Part shown: positions 1 to 11,500 of the stretch, piece after piece | How positions within the stretch are numbered: position 1 is the stretch's first letter | Layout: each line of letters begins with the position of its first letter | Assembly: GCA_964035545.1 (NCBI GenBank) | Contig: OZ037769.1 | Coordinates: 9,260,129-9,324,128, forward strand | Direction of reading: 5' to 3' | DNA from: Bugula neritina | Lineage: Eukaryota; Animalia; Bryozoa | Length of the DNA stretch: 64,000 nt | Translations under genes and position numbers: made by a program | The notes under the pieces: model-generated | Seen by the model: the letters and a program-made list of their open reading frames with translations, nothing else | Databases searched by the model: none | What the model was told of the DNA's origin: nothing

Positions 1-2372
1 AGGACTTCGAGCCATCTGGCGACTTGGCTGGACGGTTCTGCTCTCTTGCATAACCAAATCAAGGAGGCGTGGTCGGTCCGCAAGCGGAACTTCCTGCCGT
101 ATAGATAGGGTCTGAAATGCTTCACCGACTTGATTACTGCCAGCAGTTCCTTTCGGGTAGTGCAGTAATTTCGTTCAGTGGGTGAGAGAGACTTACTGTA
201 GTAGGCCACGACCACTTCGCGGCCCTCCTGCACCTGGGACAGCACAGCGCCGACATTTTGGTCACTGGCGTCGGTATCTAGGATATACTCCAGGGCAGGG
301 TCTGGATAGGCTAAGATAGGGGCCTCTAGCAGGCGGCCCTTGAGGCAGTCGAACGCTCTTTGTTCGACGGGAGTCCACTGCCAGGTCACCCCCTTTGCGG
401 TGAGCCGATTTAACGGCTGCGCTACCCCCGCAAAGTCTGGTATGTATTGCCTGTAATACCCTACCAGCCCCAGGAAGGCCCGTAGTCCGGTCAAATCCTG
501 GGGGGTTACCCAATCTTCTATAGCTCGTACCTTTTCAGGATCCGTCGCCAAACCGTGACGGCCGACGACGTGCCCCAGGTACTTCACCTCTGGCTGCAAG
601 AGAGCGCACTTGGAGGGTTTGAGCTTCAGATTGGCACCTCGGAGTCGATTGAAGACCTCCCGCAGACGGCTGATGTGTGTTTGAAAGTCTGGGGAGATCA
701 CGATGACGTCGTCGAGGTATACCAGCAGTGTCTTCCAGTGGAGTCCACTGAGGCCCTGTTCCATGAGCCTCTGGAATGTGGCGGGGGCAGAAGTCAGTCC
801 AAAGGGGAGGACTTTCCACTTCCATAAGCCGTCCCGCGTGATGAATGCCGCCTTCTCCTGGGCGTCGGGGCTGAGGGGGACCTGCCAGTAGCCGCTCAAC
901 AAGTCTAACGTACTGAAGTACTTGCTGCCGGCCAAGGCGTCCAGAGATTCGTCGATCCTGGGTAAGGGGTAGGCGTCCTGTATGGTCACGCTATTGAGCT
1001 TGCGATAATCCACACAGAACCGCCAACTGCCGTCTTTCTTTCGGACCAGGACGACCGGCGAGCTCCACGCACTATGTGCTGGCTCGATGAGGCCGCGGTC
1101 CAAAAGATCCCGGACTTGTTGGCTGACCTCCTTTTCCTTCTCGGGTCCCAGCCTCCTAGTGGGCTGTCGAATAGGGGTAGTCCCTGCAGCTAGCGGTATC
1201 TCATGACGGACGGCCGTGGTCAGGCCGACGTCATGGTCCCCGCTGCTGAACACGTCGCTATAATCACGTAGCAACTGAGCCATGGCCTGGCGTTCCACGT
1301 TGCCCGTGCAGCCGTCGCACGCTGCCTGGTATAGCTCTTTGACGTGTGGTGGGACGGTCCCCCGCCTAACTGACGGGCTCTGTTGGGGACCTTCCGTCGC
1401 AGCTCCCAGCGACGGCCCTATATCTTCCTCCTGGATGGAGTGGAAGCGGCCCAGCATGGATCCTGACGGTAATTGTACCGCTTCGGAGAAGGGGTTGACA
1501 CACTGCACCAAGATCTCTCCTCGGTCAGTCAGCCGGTTGAGACTGCTGGCGAGTTGGATTCTTGTGTGCGCACCTTCGACAACCCCTAACCCCGAGAGTT
1601 GGCTATTGTTCACTCTGCAGTGAACGGTAGCCCGGGAGCGGCCGGGTATAGTACAGTTCCGTACTACCTGCACGCCTCCCGCTAGGGGACGACCGAACTT
1701 GTCGACACAGGCGAGCTCCCTGCCGCCCATTAGCATGGCTGACTTGCTAAAGTCAATACGGCACCCGTGTCTCTTCAAGAACGGCATCCCCAGTATAGCA
1801 TCCTCTTCAAGTTGGCTGATGACGAAGGTTTCCTGGATGGCCTGGTCGCGGATGCGCCCAGTCAGCTCTATGATACCGTAGAAAGGAATCCGTGACCCGT
1901 CAGCTAGGGTGCCCGGTTCCCCGGTATAGGGAGCTAAGGCTCCCCTCTCCCTAGGGGGGAGGGTGTCAAAGACCCGACGGCTGAGGAGATTAGTGGTACA
2001 CCCGGAGTCTAACAGAAAGGTGACAGCTCTGCCAGCCACCTTTCCTGGCAAGAAGTAGCTACCTCCGTGAGGTTGTACCCGTACTCCCCCAGCGTGCTCG
2101 GTCTCGGCCGAACGGGGCTGTGTCCGTTTGTTCCGCGGTTTGCGGGGCCGGTGAGAGTTTCCTTGCGGGGGGGTGTATTGATCCCCCCGATGCCCTGAGG
2201 GGCCTCGCTGGTCGGCTCCATTTCTGGTAGCGGACCGAAGCGGTTGGTGAGAGGTAGAGAGAAGGGGTCTCGTGGTCGACCCGGTTGGCTGGTTCGGCGG
2301 GGTGTTTGCCACTGATGGGGGCGTGCCGCTGGGCCCGTACGGGCTCCTGGCGGTACCCACCCCGTTTTCCTT
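1..2372 (-). CDS. Gypsy pol (protease, reverse transcriptase, RNase H), 3'-truncated by window edge
   Basis: One stop-free frame from the TGA at 2373-2375 to position 1. Motifs: FLLDSGCTTN (Asp codon 2007-2009), LPFGLTSAPATFQR, LVYLDDVI (Tyr codon 717-719), VKYLGH, LDTDASDQNVGAVL, ELLAVI, RTDH. Missing from the ORF track, probably because it has no stop inside the window. Confidence 0.93.
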
Positions 2373-3243
2373 TCAGTTTGGGTCCGCGGAGCTTTGGAGG
2401 TCTCCGGGGAGGTTGGGGTTTCTGCTGCCGTCTGAGTCGTGGGCAGCTTGAGCGGCGGTGTCCCTTGATGCCGCATTCCCAGCAGTGTACAGTGGGTCTG
2501 GGGGGTTTTACTGCTGGTCTCTTATACTTCCTTGGGTTGTTGTATGTTATGGTTGCCACCAACTGTCCCAGTTTAGTCATCAAGCGGTCAACCTCCATCT
2601 CTATAGGGAGGCTAGTGGTAGCGGCAGCTATTCGGACCGGGTGGTCTGGTTCTCTAGAGGTCTGCGGAGTAGTCTCCTCCGCCTTGTAGAGCTGCTCGGC
2701 CCCAACGTAGGCCTTGTCTTCTTGTATTGCGGCCTCGATCGTGGTTACTCCCTTTGCTTGTAACTGGTGGTGGAAGTTCAAAGAGTTGAGGGATTGTACA
2801 AAAGCTTCGAATGTATAGCGCCGTCTGTGTGTTTCTGGCAGATCGCTATACGCGATCCGTGCCAGTCTCTGCACCAGAGTAGCGTGATCAGGAAGCGGTG
2901 TACATGTTTTGCGGAGCAGTCCTTGCAACCGGGACTTGGCGACGGCAACGGGTATGCCAAAACGGGCCCGTAGTTTAGCAATGATCCCGTCTACGCTAGA
3001 TCCCCACCCGTACGGCTTGGCTTCTTCCGTCAGTGCCATTCGTAGTTTCATCAGGGTTACTCTTGGCGGCCATCTTGTAATGGCTGCAGCTTCACGGAAT
3101 TCTTGAATGAACTGTTCAACATCTTCAAGGCCCGTGAATACGGGAGCCTCTAATGTATTCCTATACGCCTCCTCTCCAACTTCGAGAGGGTCTATGATAA
3201 TGTTTCGCTCACCTTCTTCAGTTGAAGCTACACTTTCGGCCAT
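2059..3243 (-). CDS. Gypsy gag with CCHC zinc knuckle
   Basis: 394-aa ORF starting just after the PBS; contains CWECGIKGHRRSSC (CX2CX4HX4C). Confidence 0.9.
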   Translation of the reverse strand: MAESVASTEEGERNIIIDPLEVGEEAYRNTLEAPVFTGLEDVEQFIQEFREAAAITRWPPRVTLMKLRMALTEEAKPYGWGSSVDGIIAKLRARFGIPVAVAKSRLQGLLRKTCTPLPDHATLVQRLARIAYSDLPETHRRRYTFEAFVQSLNSLNFHHQLQAKGVTTIEAAIQEDKAYVGAEQLYKAEETTPQTSREPDHPVRIAAATTSLPIEMEVDRLMTKLGQLVATITYNNPRKYKRPAVKPPRPTVHCWECGIKGHRRSSCPRLRRQQKPQPPRRPPKLRGPKLKGKRGGYRQEPVRAQRHAPISGKHPAEPANRVDHETPSLYLSPTASVRYQKWSRPARPLRASGGSIHPPARKLSPAPQTAEQTDTAPFGRDRARWGSTGTTSRR

Positions 3244-3285
3244 GACGTTCTAATACTTTCCCATTGTCTTTATATAGTAGCTAGT

Positions 3286-3304
3286 AATCCCACCGCTGCC
3301 ACCA
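3286..3304 (-). promoter_or_regulatory. Primer-binding site complementary to tRNA-Leu 3' end
   Basis: - strand reads TGGTGGCAGCGGTGGGATT one base inside the LTR end. The + strand AATCCCACCGCTGCCACCA matches a metazoan tRNA-Leu 3' terminus including CCA. Confidence 0.88.
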
Positions 3305-3305
3305 C

Positions 3306-3577
3306 TGTAGTAATTTGTGCAATTACCGTGCGTGAGTTCCTAGCTTGTAATTATAGTCTATTTATCCACATCAATAAAGTATTTAAATAAGATTCAACGA
3401 GATTTATTTACTACTAAGTATAATAAGAGATACAAAAAGTACGCAGATTAAAAACACTACATCTTTACTCTTTTAGTACGCTCTCTCTACTGCTTTCTAC
3501 ATCGCTGGGGGTTATCACATGACGCACTCTTATTGGCTAAAGGGCTTGGGGGACACGCGTATTACGTACTCACTACA
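3306..3577 (-). repeat. 5' LTR (272 bp)
   Basis: TGTAGT...ACTACA terminal inverted repeats (TG...CA), abutting the PBS. The partner LTR and TSD are outside the window. Confidence 0.85.
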
Positions 3578-4881
3578 CTATAACATTTTCTAATGAAAAA
3601 GTGTGCTCATAATGATCATTTCATAATAATTATTTCGAGTTTATGATAATCAATTAATATCATTACAAACACAATTATTATGATAATGATAAATTTAATT
3701 ATAATCATACTCATACTGATAGTGATACCGTCTCACCTAAACCGGGCAAACGGATAATCATAATCATTATGATTATCATAATTATAATGGATATTATTAT
3801 TATAATTAATATCAATATGATTACGATTTAAATGATATTAATGATATTTCACTTACAGTTACACTTATCATCATAATGATAATGATTAATGATAATAATA
3901 GTCCCAGTGACTAAAAGTAATTCAAATTGTAAATCACAAGTCACAACGATAACCACTAATTCTAAATCAGAATTTTTACTGAAATACAAATAGAATAAAT
4001 GATTAAATCATAATCATAGTCAATGTCATAATCCTAATCGTAATGATTATGATAATTTAAATTATAATAACCTATTGTAATTGTACGTATATCATAAATA
4101 TAATACATACTCATAACAAAAACACTTACAAGCTGTAAACTGTAAGTGTTAAACTTAGTGCACGTACATTCTATTAAATTTAAATAAGGATTTATTAATA
4201 TCAGCACCAAGTTGGGGGTGACTGAGTACAGCACCTGCATACACATTATTGTCAGATCTTCAAACCAATAACTCTCGAATTAATGACCACCAACTTAGTG
4301 CTGTTTCAAACGATTTCTAACCACACTACTACGGCAAGAAATTGCTTGCGGCAACACAATGTTTGCGATTATTAAGCGTTGTGATTTGAAATAATAAGGT
4401 TGGGCCAATGTGCATACGAATACTGCCCTTAGTAACTTCCAAACTCTGTGCTGTATATAACGATCCTTAATGTTATCTAGCTCTTCCACCCTTTGCTATC
4501 TTCTCTATAACTGAGATTGAATAGAATAATGATAATATTTTTCCAGTGTAGTGTCTGCAAGGAGTTCAGGCTAATTTAAACTTTGATCTGAAAAATTCGA
4601 TGCAGTAATAATAAAATTAATGTTGTTGTACGAAGGCATAGCAGCAAAGCTATTGTTTTTTTAAACATCAAACGGTCAAATACATGGACCCCCGTAAAAT
4701 TTTTACTGAACGTTGGAACTTCAACAAAGCAAAAGTGAAACGGCATGTTTCGATTTTATTCAAAGTACTCGATGTTAATCATAATGATTATGATTGTAGT
4801 TAAATAGTAAACGTTGATTGTAATAAAACACCGTGAAATAGATATTTATGTTCATAGTTTTGGCAAAGTGTCTATAAAGTT

Positions 4882-5433
4882 ATGGGATTGCTGTCAAACC
4901 TTATTACTCGAACTTTCTTTTACCCTTCAATAGCTCTGAATGCTGGTTCGAATTTGATTCTTGGTCAAAACTGGTATGACAGAATAAATGAACATATCGT
5001 TCTTGGAGCCTTACCAATGCCGTTCATGACAGGGGGACTAATCAAAGAAAAAGTCAAAGGTATAATTTCTCTAAATGAAGACTATGAGCTGAAACACATT
5101 TACAACAGCCAAGCCAAGTGGCAAGAATTCGACATCAAGACCCTTCGCTTGCCAACACCAGATTTATTTTATGCACCGACTATAGCTCAAGTAATGCAGG
5201 CTATCAGCTTCATTGATGAAGTAAAGTGTAAAGATAATGGCAGCGTCTACGTGCATTGCAAAGCAGGAAAGACTAGATCAACCACTGTTGTTATTTGTTA
5301 TTTAATGTACAAAGAAAATATGACACCAACAGATGCCTACAACTTTGTCAAATCAAAACGACCACAAATCTGGCTACGTAAAACACAGTTTGATTTTATT
5401 CAAAAATTTTATAACACGAAGCTAAAAATCTAA
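4882..5433 (+). CDS. PTPMT1: Mitochondrial phosphatidylglycerophosphatase / dual-specificity phosphatase, intronless, 183 aa
   Basis: WYDRINEHIVLGALP, NEDYE, LPTPD, and CX5R P-loop VYVHCKAGKTRS. N-terminal 'RTFFYPSI' and C-terminal 'KRPQIWL..Q' are typical of PTPMT1. Confidence 0.92.
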   Translation: MGLLSNLITRTFFYPSIALNAGSNLILGQNWYDRINEHIVLGALPMPFMTGGLIKEKVKGIISLNEDYELKHIYNSQAKWQEFDIKTLRLPTPDLFYAPTIAQVMQAISFIDEVKCKDNGSVYVHCKAGKTRSTTVVICYLMYKENMTPTDAYNFVKSKRPQIWLRKTQFDFIQKFYNTKLKI

Positions 5434-5591
5434 ATGTTTTTATGGCAAATACCAAAGACAATGACTGTGTAAGATGTATTCTGGATTATTTATTAATGAA
5501 CTCAACAGTAGGTACTAGTACAACAGTAAATAGACAGTGAATCTTTGTCAAACAATAAACTATATTTATAAATATTATACATTGTTGTCTT

Positions 5592-8500
5592 TTACCAAAT
5601 ATTACGGTATTTTAGTTGCAAAAATGATGTTTGTGCTTTTTGCTCCAATAGAGCCAATTCGCTTACAACTGGAGCCATTGAGTCCACATGGTCTCTGTAA
5701 GTCGAACCTGCAATGTAATAGAGTGTAGATTATGTTACATATGCCATCAGTTTCTCAACTGAATAGTAACTTTTTTGTCGCTAGCTCAAGCTAAATGTTG
5801 AAAATTATGTACTTCATGTACCGTATAAATAATTATGCTTTTAAAAAGAAACTTGAATATTTTTTAATCAGATTGGAAACAATTGTACTAAAAGAATTTC
5901 ACTTTGGTTCTATAGCATTTACATAAATGGCACTCTATAGTAATAAGTTTTTGTTACAAAAAATACCATTAGTAGTTAACTAAACCAAGCTGAGGTAAGA
6001 TAATAGCAGTGATTACCTGCAGCTTTTCTTTTTTGCCCATACGTTACTTTACCATCAAACTCATTGACTGGGATTGTCATTTCACAGTCCACCTGATCAA
6101 TTGTTATCCCAAGATGTTCTTCCACGTTAGCTAGTAGCGCAGGTTCATCATACCATATGCAGCACCCTCTTCTCTCCACCAAATCAGTGTTGTAACAATT
6201 TTTACCCCTGTTCTTGCAGTTACTGTGATACCACACCTGTCGATGAATACAGTCACATCATGGAGCAAAACATTTTTTATTAAGCATGGTTTTAGAGTTT
6301 TTTCTAATGGCTTAAAGATAAATTGTGACTAAATGGCATCTTTAATAAGACAGATACACTCATTTGCTTTGCACTAAATTTGTCGAAAATAGATCACACA
6401 TACCCTAATCTAAACATAACATATAGCAGTAGGTAATGTAAAAGCATACAGAATAAGTACAATTTACAGTAGGCTATAGCAGTTCACCTTCTCTGGTACT
6501 GTAGAGACTAATGATATAGCTAAACCCATTTTCTCTGCTCTGCCAACTCTACCAATACGGTGAACATAATTCTGCTTTTCATCCGGCAACGTAACATTTA
6601 TAACTACAAAAATGTAACTTTGATGTCAACATATCGGAGGTACGTTTTATGCTGTAACTTAGCAAAAACCATAATATGATTAGCAACTGATGCTTTATTT
6701 CTACAGTATTAAATCTGTGACAGTATTACATTTATTTTGCCGCTCTTTTGCTCCCAAAAACATAATAATAATCCAAGGCTATCATCACAATAAATATAAA
6801 CTGTCATAATGCACCTTCACATAAATGGCCCAGATTCACACCAAAGCTAATAAAACACATATAACCCTGTACTGCATATATGTACACTGCTGTTTGCTCA
6901 CCAAAGGGGAGACCAGACACGTCTAACCCACGGGCTGCCACATCTGTACATATCAAGAATCGAACTTCATTCTTCTAAAAACGAGGTGAAACAAGACCAC
7001 ATAAGCAATTGTTTTAACATAAGCAGCATGGCTAATAATTTCCTAGCACCAAAGTATGTATTTTGTCCCAAGTAAATGCTTAGTACACTTCATGCAGATT
7101 TGACAGAGGGAATTCTGACCTAGCAATAATCAGTCTTTTCAAGTTTAATTTGAGTGAATAAGCTTATATTGATTCATGAAACTTAGCTGTAAAAGTCAAT
7201 GCAATTAGTAAAGGAAGCAAAGTTTGTAAAATATTTATTATATAACTATCCAATCCAGTTAGAATAAAATTACAAACATAGCTGGATAAAAGTAATGAGT
7301 GTATTTGAGAAATTTCAAGTCGCAAGACTTGTATATTACTTGAAACTTGACCAAACTTGAAAGCAGCATGATTCAGCTTTCAGTTCACATTATAAGTTAT
7401 TATGCACAAAATATGTGAATGGGTGTTGTAGTCAAGTTATCGTGTTCACAGTAAAGGAGTTAGAGTTAGTGTTATGATACACAAGTTAAAGCAATGATAC
7501 ACAAGTTAGAGTGCTCATACACAAGTTTGAGTTTATTATGCAAAAGTTTGGTAACATTAACAGTATTTACTATATACGAGTATTATCTATGAGCACTTTA
7601 TATTTCATCAATCTAAACGCATATCTAGTATTTCAGAGTTGTGTTCTCTGAAAGAATTGATGCTCTAATCATACAACAGCCTACAATAGTGACCAGAATA
7701 TTTCTATTACATAAGTTCAGAGAAATGTCTAAAAACACTTAAACCAATAGCAATTGAAAGTTAACATGAAGAACAAGAATAGCCCAATAAACCTGATTGA
7801 CAGGGTTTGAACCATTGGCTTCAACAAAAATAAAGTGCCAGAAATTTCAGGCATGGTGTTGTTTAGCATGCAGCAAAAATCATGTGAGACTGCAAAGAAT
7901 TGAAATGGTCAGAAATCTTTTCTTTTTTAGTGGTTAGTATTCTTTTATGTTTAGAACTTCTATGCAACACATGCGCTTTATGAACTTAGCATATTGTTTC
8001 ACAAAATGTTTTTTACAAAGCTAGCAGTATTTGCACTCAGTAGAACCTGTATTTCCATATGTGTAATGATGCACAGAAATATTGGTACTTGTATTACCAT
8101 GCCAAGGATTTCAAAATATTCTGACAAACTGGGTGAGGACAAAAAGGTCTAGCTAAGCAAGTTATACTACAGATACTAAAAGCCCTAATAATTCTTTACC
8201 ATCATAAGACAGTTCAATGAAATGGCAAAAACAGATATATAAATTCTTTTTTACTCCCCTTATGATTGGCTGAATCTTTGTCACTGATCAATATTTACAA
8301 ATATTACAGATTGATATAGATATGAAAACTGACTCAGAAACTGACCTTGAACTTTTCTAGATTGCCTCTTCTCTCACCAGGGTTCCTGTCGCTATGCAAG
8401 CACACGCATGAGTATTTATGGTTTCTTGGAGCACCAGGACCTGTGGGATATTCTCATTAATTGACAACAGTAAAGAAATTTTTACTGTGCAGGAGAGGGG

Positions 8501-11500
8501 GGGGGGGCAGAGAAATAACGTGGGAATTGTAAAGAAGACAGTCTATCTTGTTCAGTACACAGCAGTAACACAGAGGTACCACAGAGGTAACACAGCAGTA
8601 ACACAGCAGTAACACAGCAGTACCACAGCGGTAACACAGCAGTAACACAGAGGTAACACAGAGGTAACACAGCAGTAACACAGCAGTAACACAGAGGTAA
8701 CACAGCAGTAACACAGCAGTAACACAGCAGTAACACAGCAGTAACACAGAGGTAACACAGCAGTAACACAGAGGTAACACAGCAGTAACACAGAGGTAAC
8801 ACAGCAGTAACACAGAGGTAACACAGCAGTAACACAGCAGTAACACAGAGGTAACACAGCAGTACCACAGCGGTAACACAGCAGTAACACAGAGGTAACA
8901 CAGAGGTAACACAGCAGTAACACAGCAGTAACACAGCAGTAACACAGAGGTAACACAGCAGTAACACAGAGGTAACACAGCAGTAACACAGAGGTAACAC
9001 AGCAGTAACACAGAGGTAACACAGCAGTAACACAGCAGTAACACAGCAGTAACACAGAGGTAACACAGAGGTAACACAGCAGTAACACAGAGGTAACACA
9101 GAGGTAACACAGCAGTAACACAGAGGTAACACAGCAGTAACACAGAGGTAACACAGCAGTAACACAGAGGTAACACAGCAGTAACACAGCAGTAACACAG
9201 CAGTAACACAGAGGTAACACAGCAGTAACACAGCAGTAACACAGCAGTAACACAGAGGTAACACAGCAGTAACACAGCAGTAACACAGCAGTAACACAGA
9301 GGTAACACAGCAGTAACACAGCAGTAACACAGCAGTAACACAGCAGTAACACAGCAGTAACACAGCAATAACACAGAGGTAACACAGCAGTAACACAGCA
9401 GTAACACAGAGGTAACACAGCAGTAACACAGAGGTAACACAGCAGTAACACAGAGGTAACACAGCAGTAACACAGCAGTAACACAGAGGTAACACAGCAG
9501 TAACACAGAGGTAACACAGCAGTAACACAGAGGTAACACAGCAGTAACACAGAGGTAACACAGCAGTAACACAGAGGTAACACAGCAGTAACACAGAGGT
9601 AACACAGCAGTAACACAGAGGTAACACAGCAGTAACACAGAGGTAACACAGCAGTAACACAGAGGTAACACAGCAGTAACACAGCAGTAACACAGCAGTA
9701 ACACAGAGGTAACACAGCAGTAACACAGCAGTAACACAGAGGTAACACAGCAGTAACACAGAGGTAACACAGCAGTAACACAAAGGTAACACAGCAGTAA
9801 CACAAAGGTAACACAGCAGTAACACAGCAGTAACACAAGGGTACCACAGCAGTAACACAGCAACGACATGTGATGTACACCACTTGTAATATTGCTTGAA
9901 ATTAACAAAATTGAAAGGGCAAGTTTTGAAATCTTCACATAATTCATATAATTTGTTTCATCATTGAAGTACATCAGGTTCTGTGGTAAAGAGAAGAGAA
10001 TATTAAAATAAAGAGAGTATGCACTACCTCCACCATGTTGGGTGAGATACTTTTCTGCATTGTCACAGTCCAGTTTAGTTCTACAAAAAATAATGGCTCT
10101 GTCCATCTTATGCTCATCAATAGCCTTCATCATCAACTCCCCTTTCAGCATCTTGACAGCTTGTGACAGGTTCTCTGTAAAGACACATGAGGCATGTAGA
10201 CCAGTGAATTTCATAGAGTCACACCAGGATTAACAGACGTTAATTCTTTCTGGTTGGCTAAAATTACAAGAGCGGGTAAAAATTAACTACTACAACATAA
10301 AAGCATTTAACAAGTTCTCAAGATACATCTACAGTCAATAGCATAGAGTAGATGAATACCCTTCATACAACTCAATGTGGTCATTAATAATTTACCAGTA
10401 TAATCATATTACTTCTATAAACTAAGTTTATATTAGCTGTAACCATTTTCATTAAACTAATAGAGTGTTTAGAACCAGAGTGTTGCAACTAATCAACATC
10501 ATTTATATATAAATAGCAACTCCTTATCTTAGCATTGGAACAATTTTAGCTTTAATGTCATTCTTAGTTAATACCAACATATATTTTTAAATTTCATAGT
10601 TTAGGCATGGAATACAACTTGTAAAAAAATCAAAACGTGTAAAAAGAATGTGGAAATTAAAATTCATTACATATACTTTTACATGTAAACAAATAGTCAT
10701 TACTTCATTATCAATACAAGCTGTGGCTGACTTTCAACTTTTGCTTTCTACAAAACACTGTACTGTGTAAAATCTGGTATTATTTAACAACTTGGAAAAG
10801 AAGCGACTGCCTCTACTATAGTCTCAGGAAATTATAATAAAATATTATAATTATTTATGAAAAATAGACTATGTTCTCAAATTGCAAAATTTGAATGAAG
10901 ACTATTTTGGTTTCACGTTTCATCAGCTTATAAATCAGCATTATTTGGAGAGTTGATTCTTTTATGGGGTTGTCTTTCCAATGATTTTAGACCAGTAAGA
11001 TGGCACCTATTCATTCAAGCACATATTTTACAACATGCACAACGTAGTATATAGATAGAAAAGCTATAAGGTCTATTAGTAAGGTAGACTTTTGTGTAGG
11101 GTAATCATCTCAATGTAGTCGATATGCAAATTTCTCAAAGAGTTGCATTGAATATAGAGTTACATCAATATAGTATTCCTGGTTGAAGTGTTACTTCAAG
11201 ACATTACAGCTACAAACTTGCAGTCAATACAGGATACCTATGCAACACTACATGAATATAAATCGCAGCATGAGATGTTCTGGCATAGACTATTAGAAAA
11301 AGTTAACAAGCCAAGTTAAGGTTCACCCCCCCCCTCCCTTGGAGAAACGACTGCATATAATACAAAGGTGAGTCGCCATCTAGAGGTAGGTGCAACATGT
11401 GAGCTCATCATCTGAGTTGATGCAGTTTTCATGGAACTTTTGCAACAAACTACAGATATTGAATAGTAAATTTCAGCCAATTGGTACACATTCAGGAAGG

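Larger units (their letters stand above)
1..3577 (-). mobile_element. Ty3/Gypsy LTR retrotransposon, 5' portion (runs off left edge of window)
   Basis: Order on - strand is LTR, PBS, gag with CCHC knuckle, then protease-RT-RNase H (Gypsy domain order). The coding part is visibly GC/CpG-rich against AT-rich host DNA. Confidence 0.96.

Noticed and set aside
555-3106. + strand ORFs over the retrotransposon and short off-frame - strand ORFs
   Set aside because: Shadow ORFs of GC-rich gag/pol with no independent motifs.
3286-3304. tRNA-Leu gene
   Set aside because: Only the 3' 19 nt including CCA are present, adjacent to an LTR; this is a PBS.
4034-4489. Divergent gene upstream of PTPMT1 (ORFs 4034-4246 and 4295-4489)
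   Set aside because: No recognisable protein and no consistent splice path. A divergent non-coding or first exon cannot be excluded.
8457-9883. Three long Cys/Leu/Val-rich ORFs (443-585 aa)
   Set aside because: Translations of a stop-free 11-bp intronic minisatellite. Only 10028-10174 of the longest ORF is a real DDX1 exon.
10820-10930. C/D-box snoRNA in a DDX1 intron
   Set aside because: TGATGA and CTGA occur, but there is no terminal stem or recognisable rRNA-antisense element; expected by chance in AT-rich DNA.
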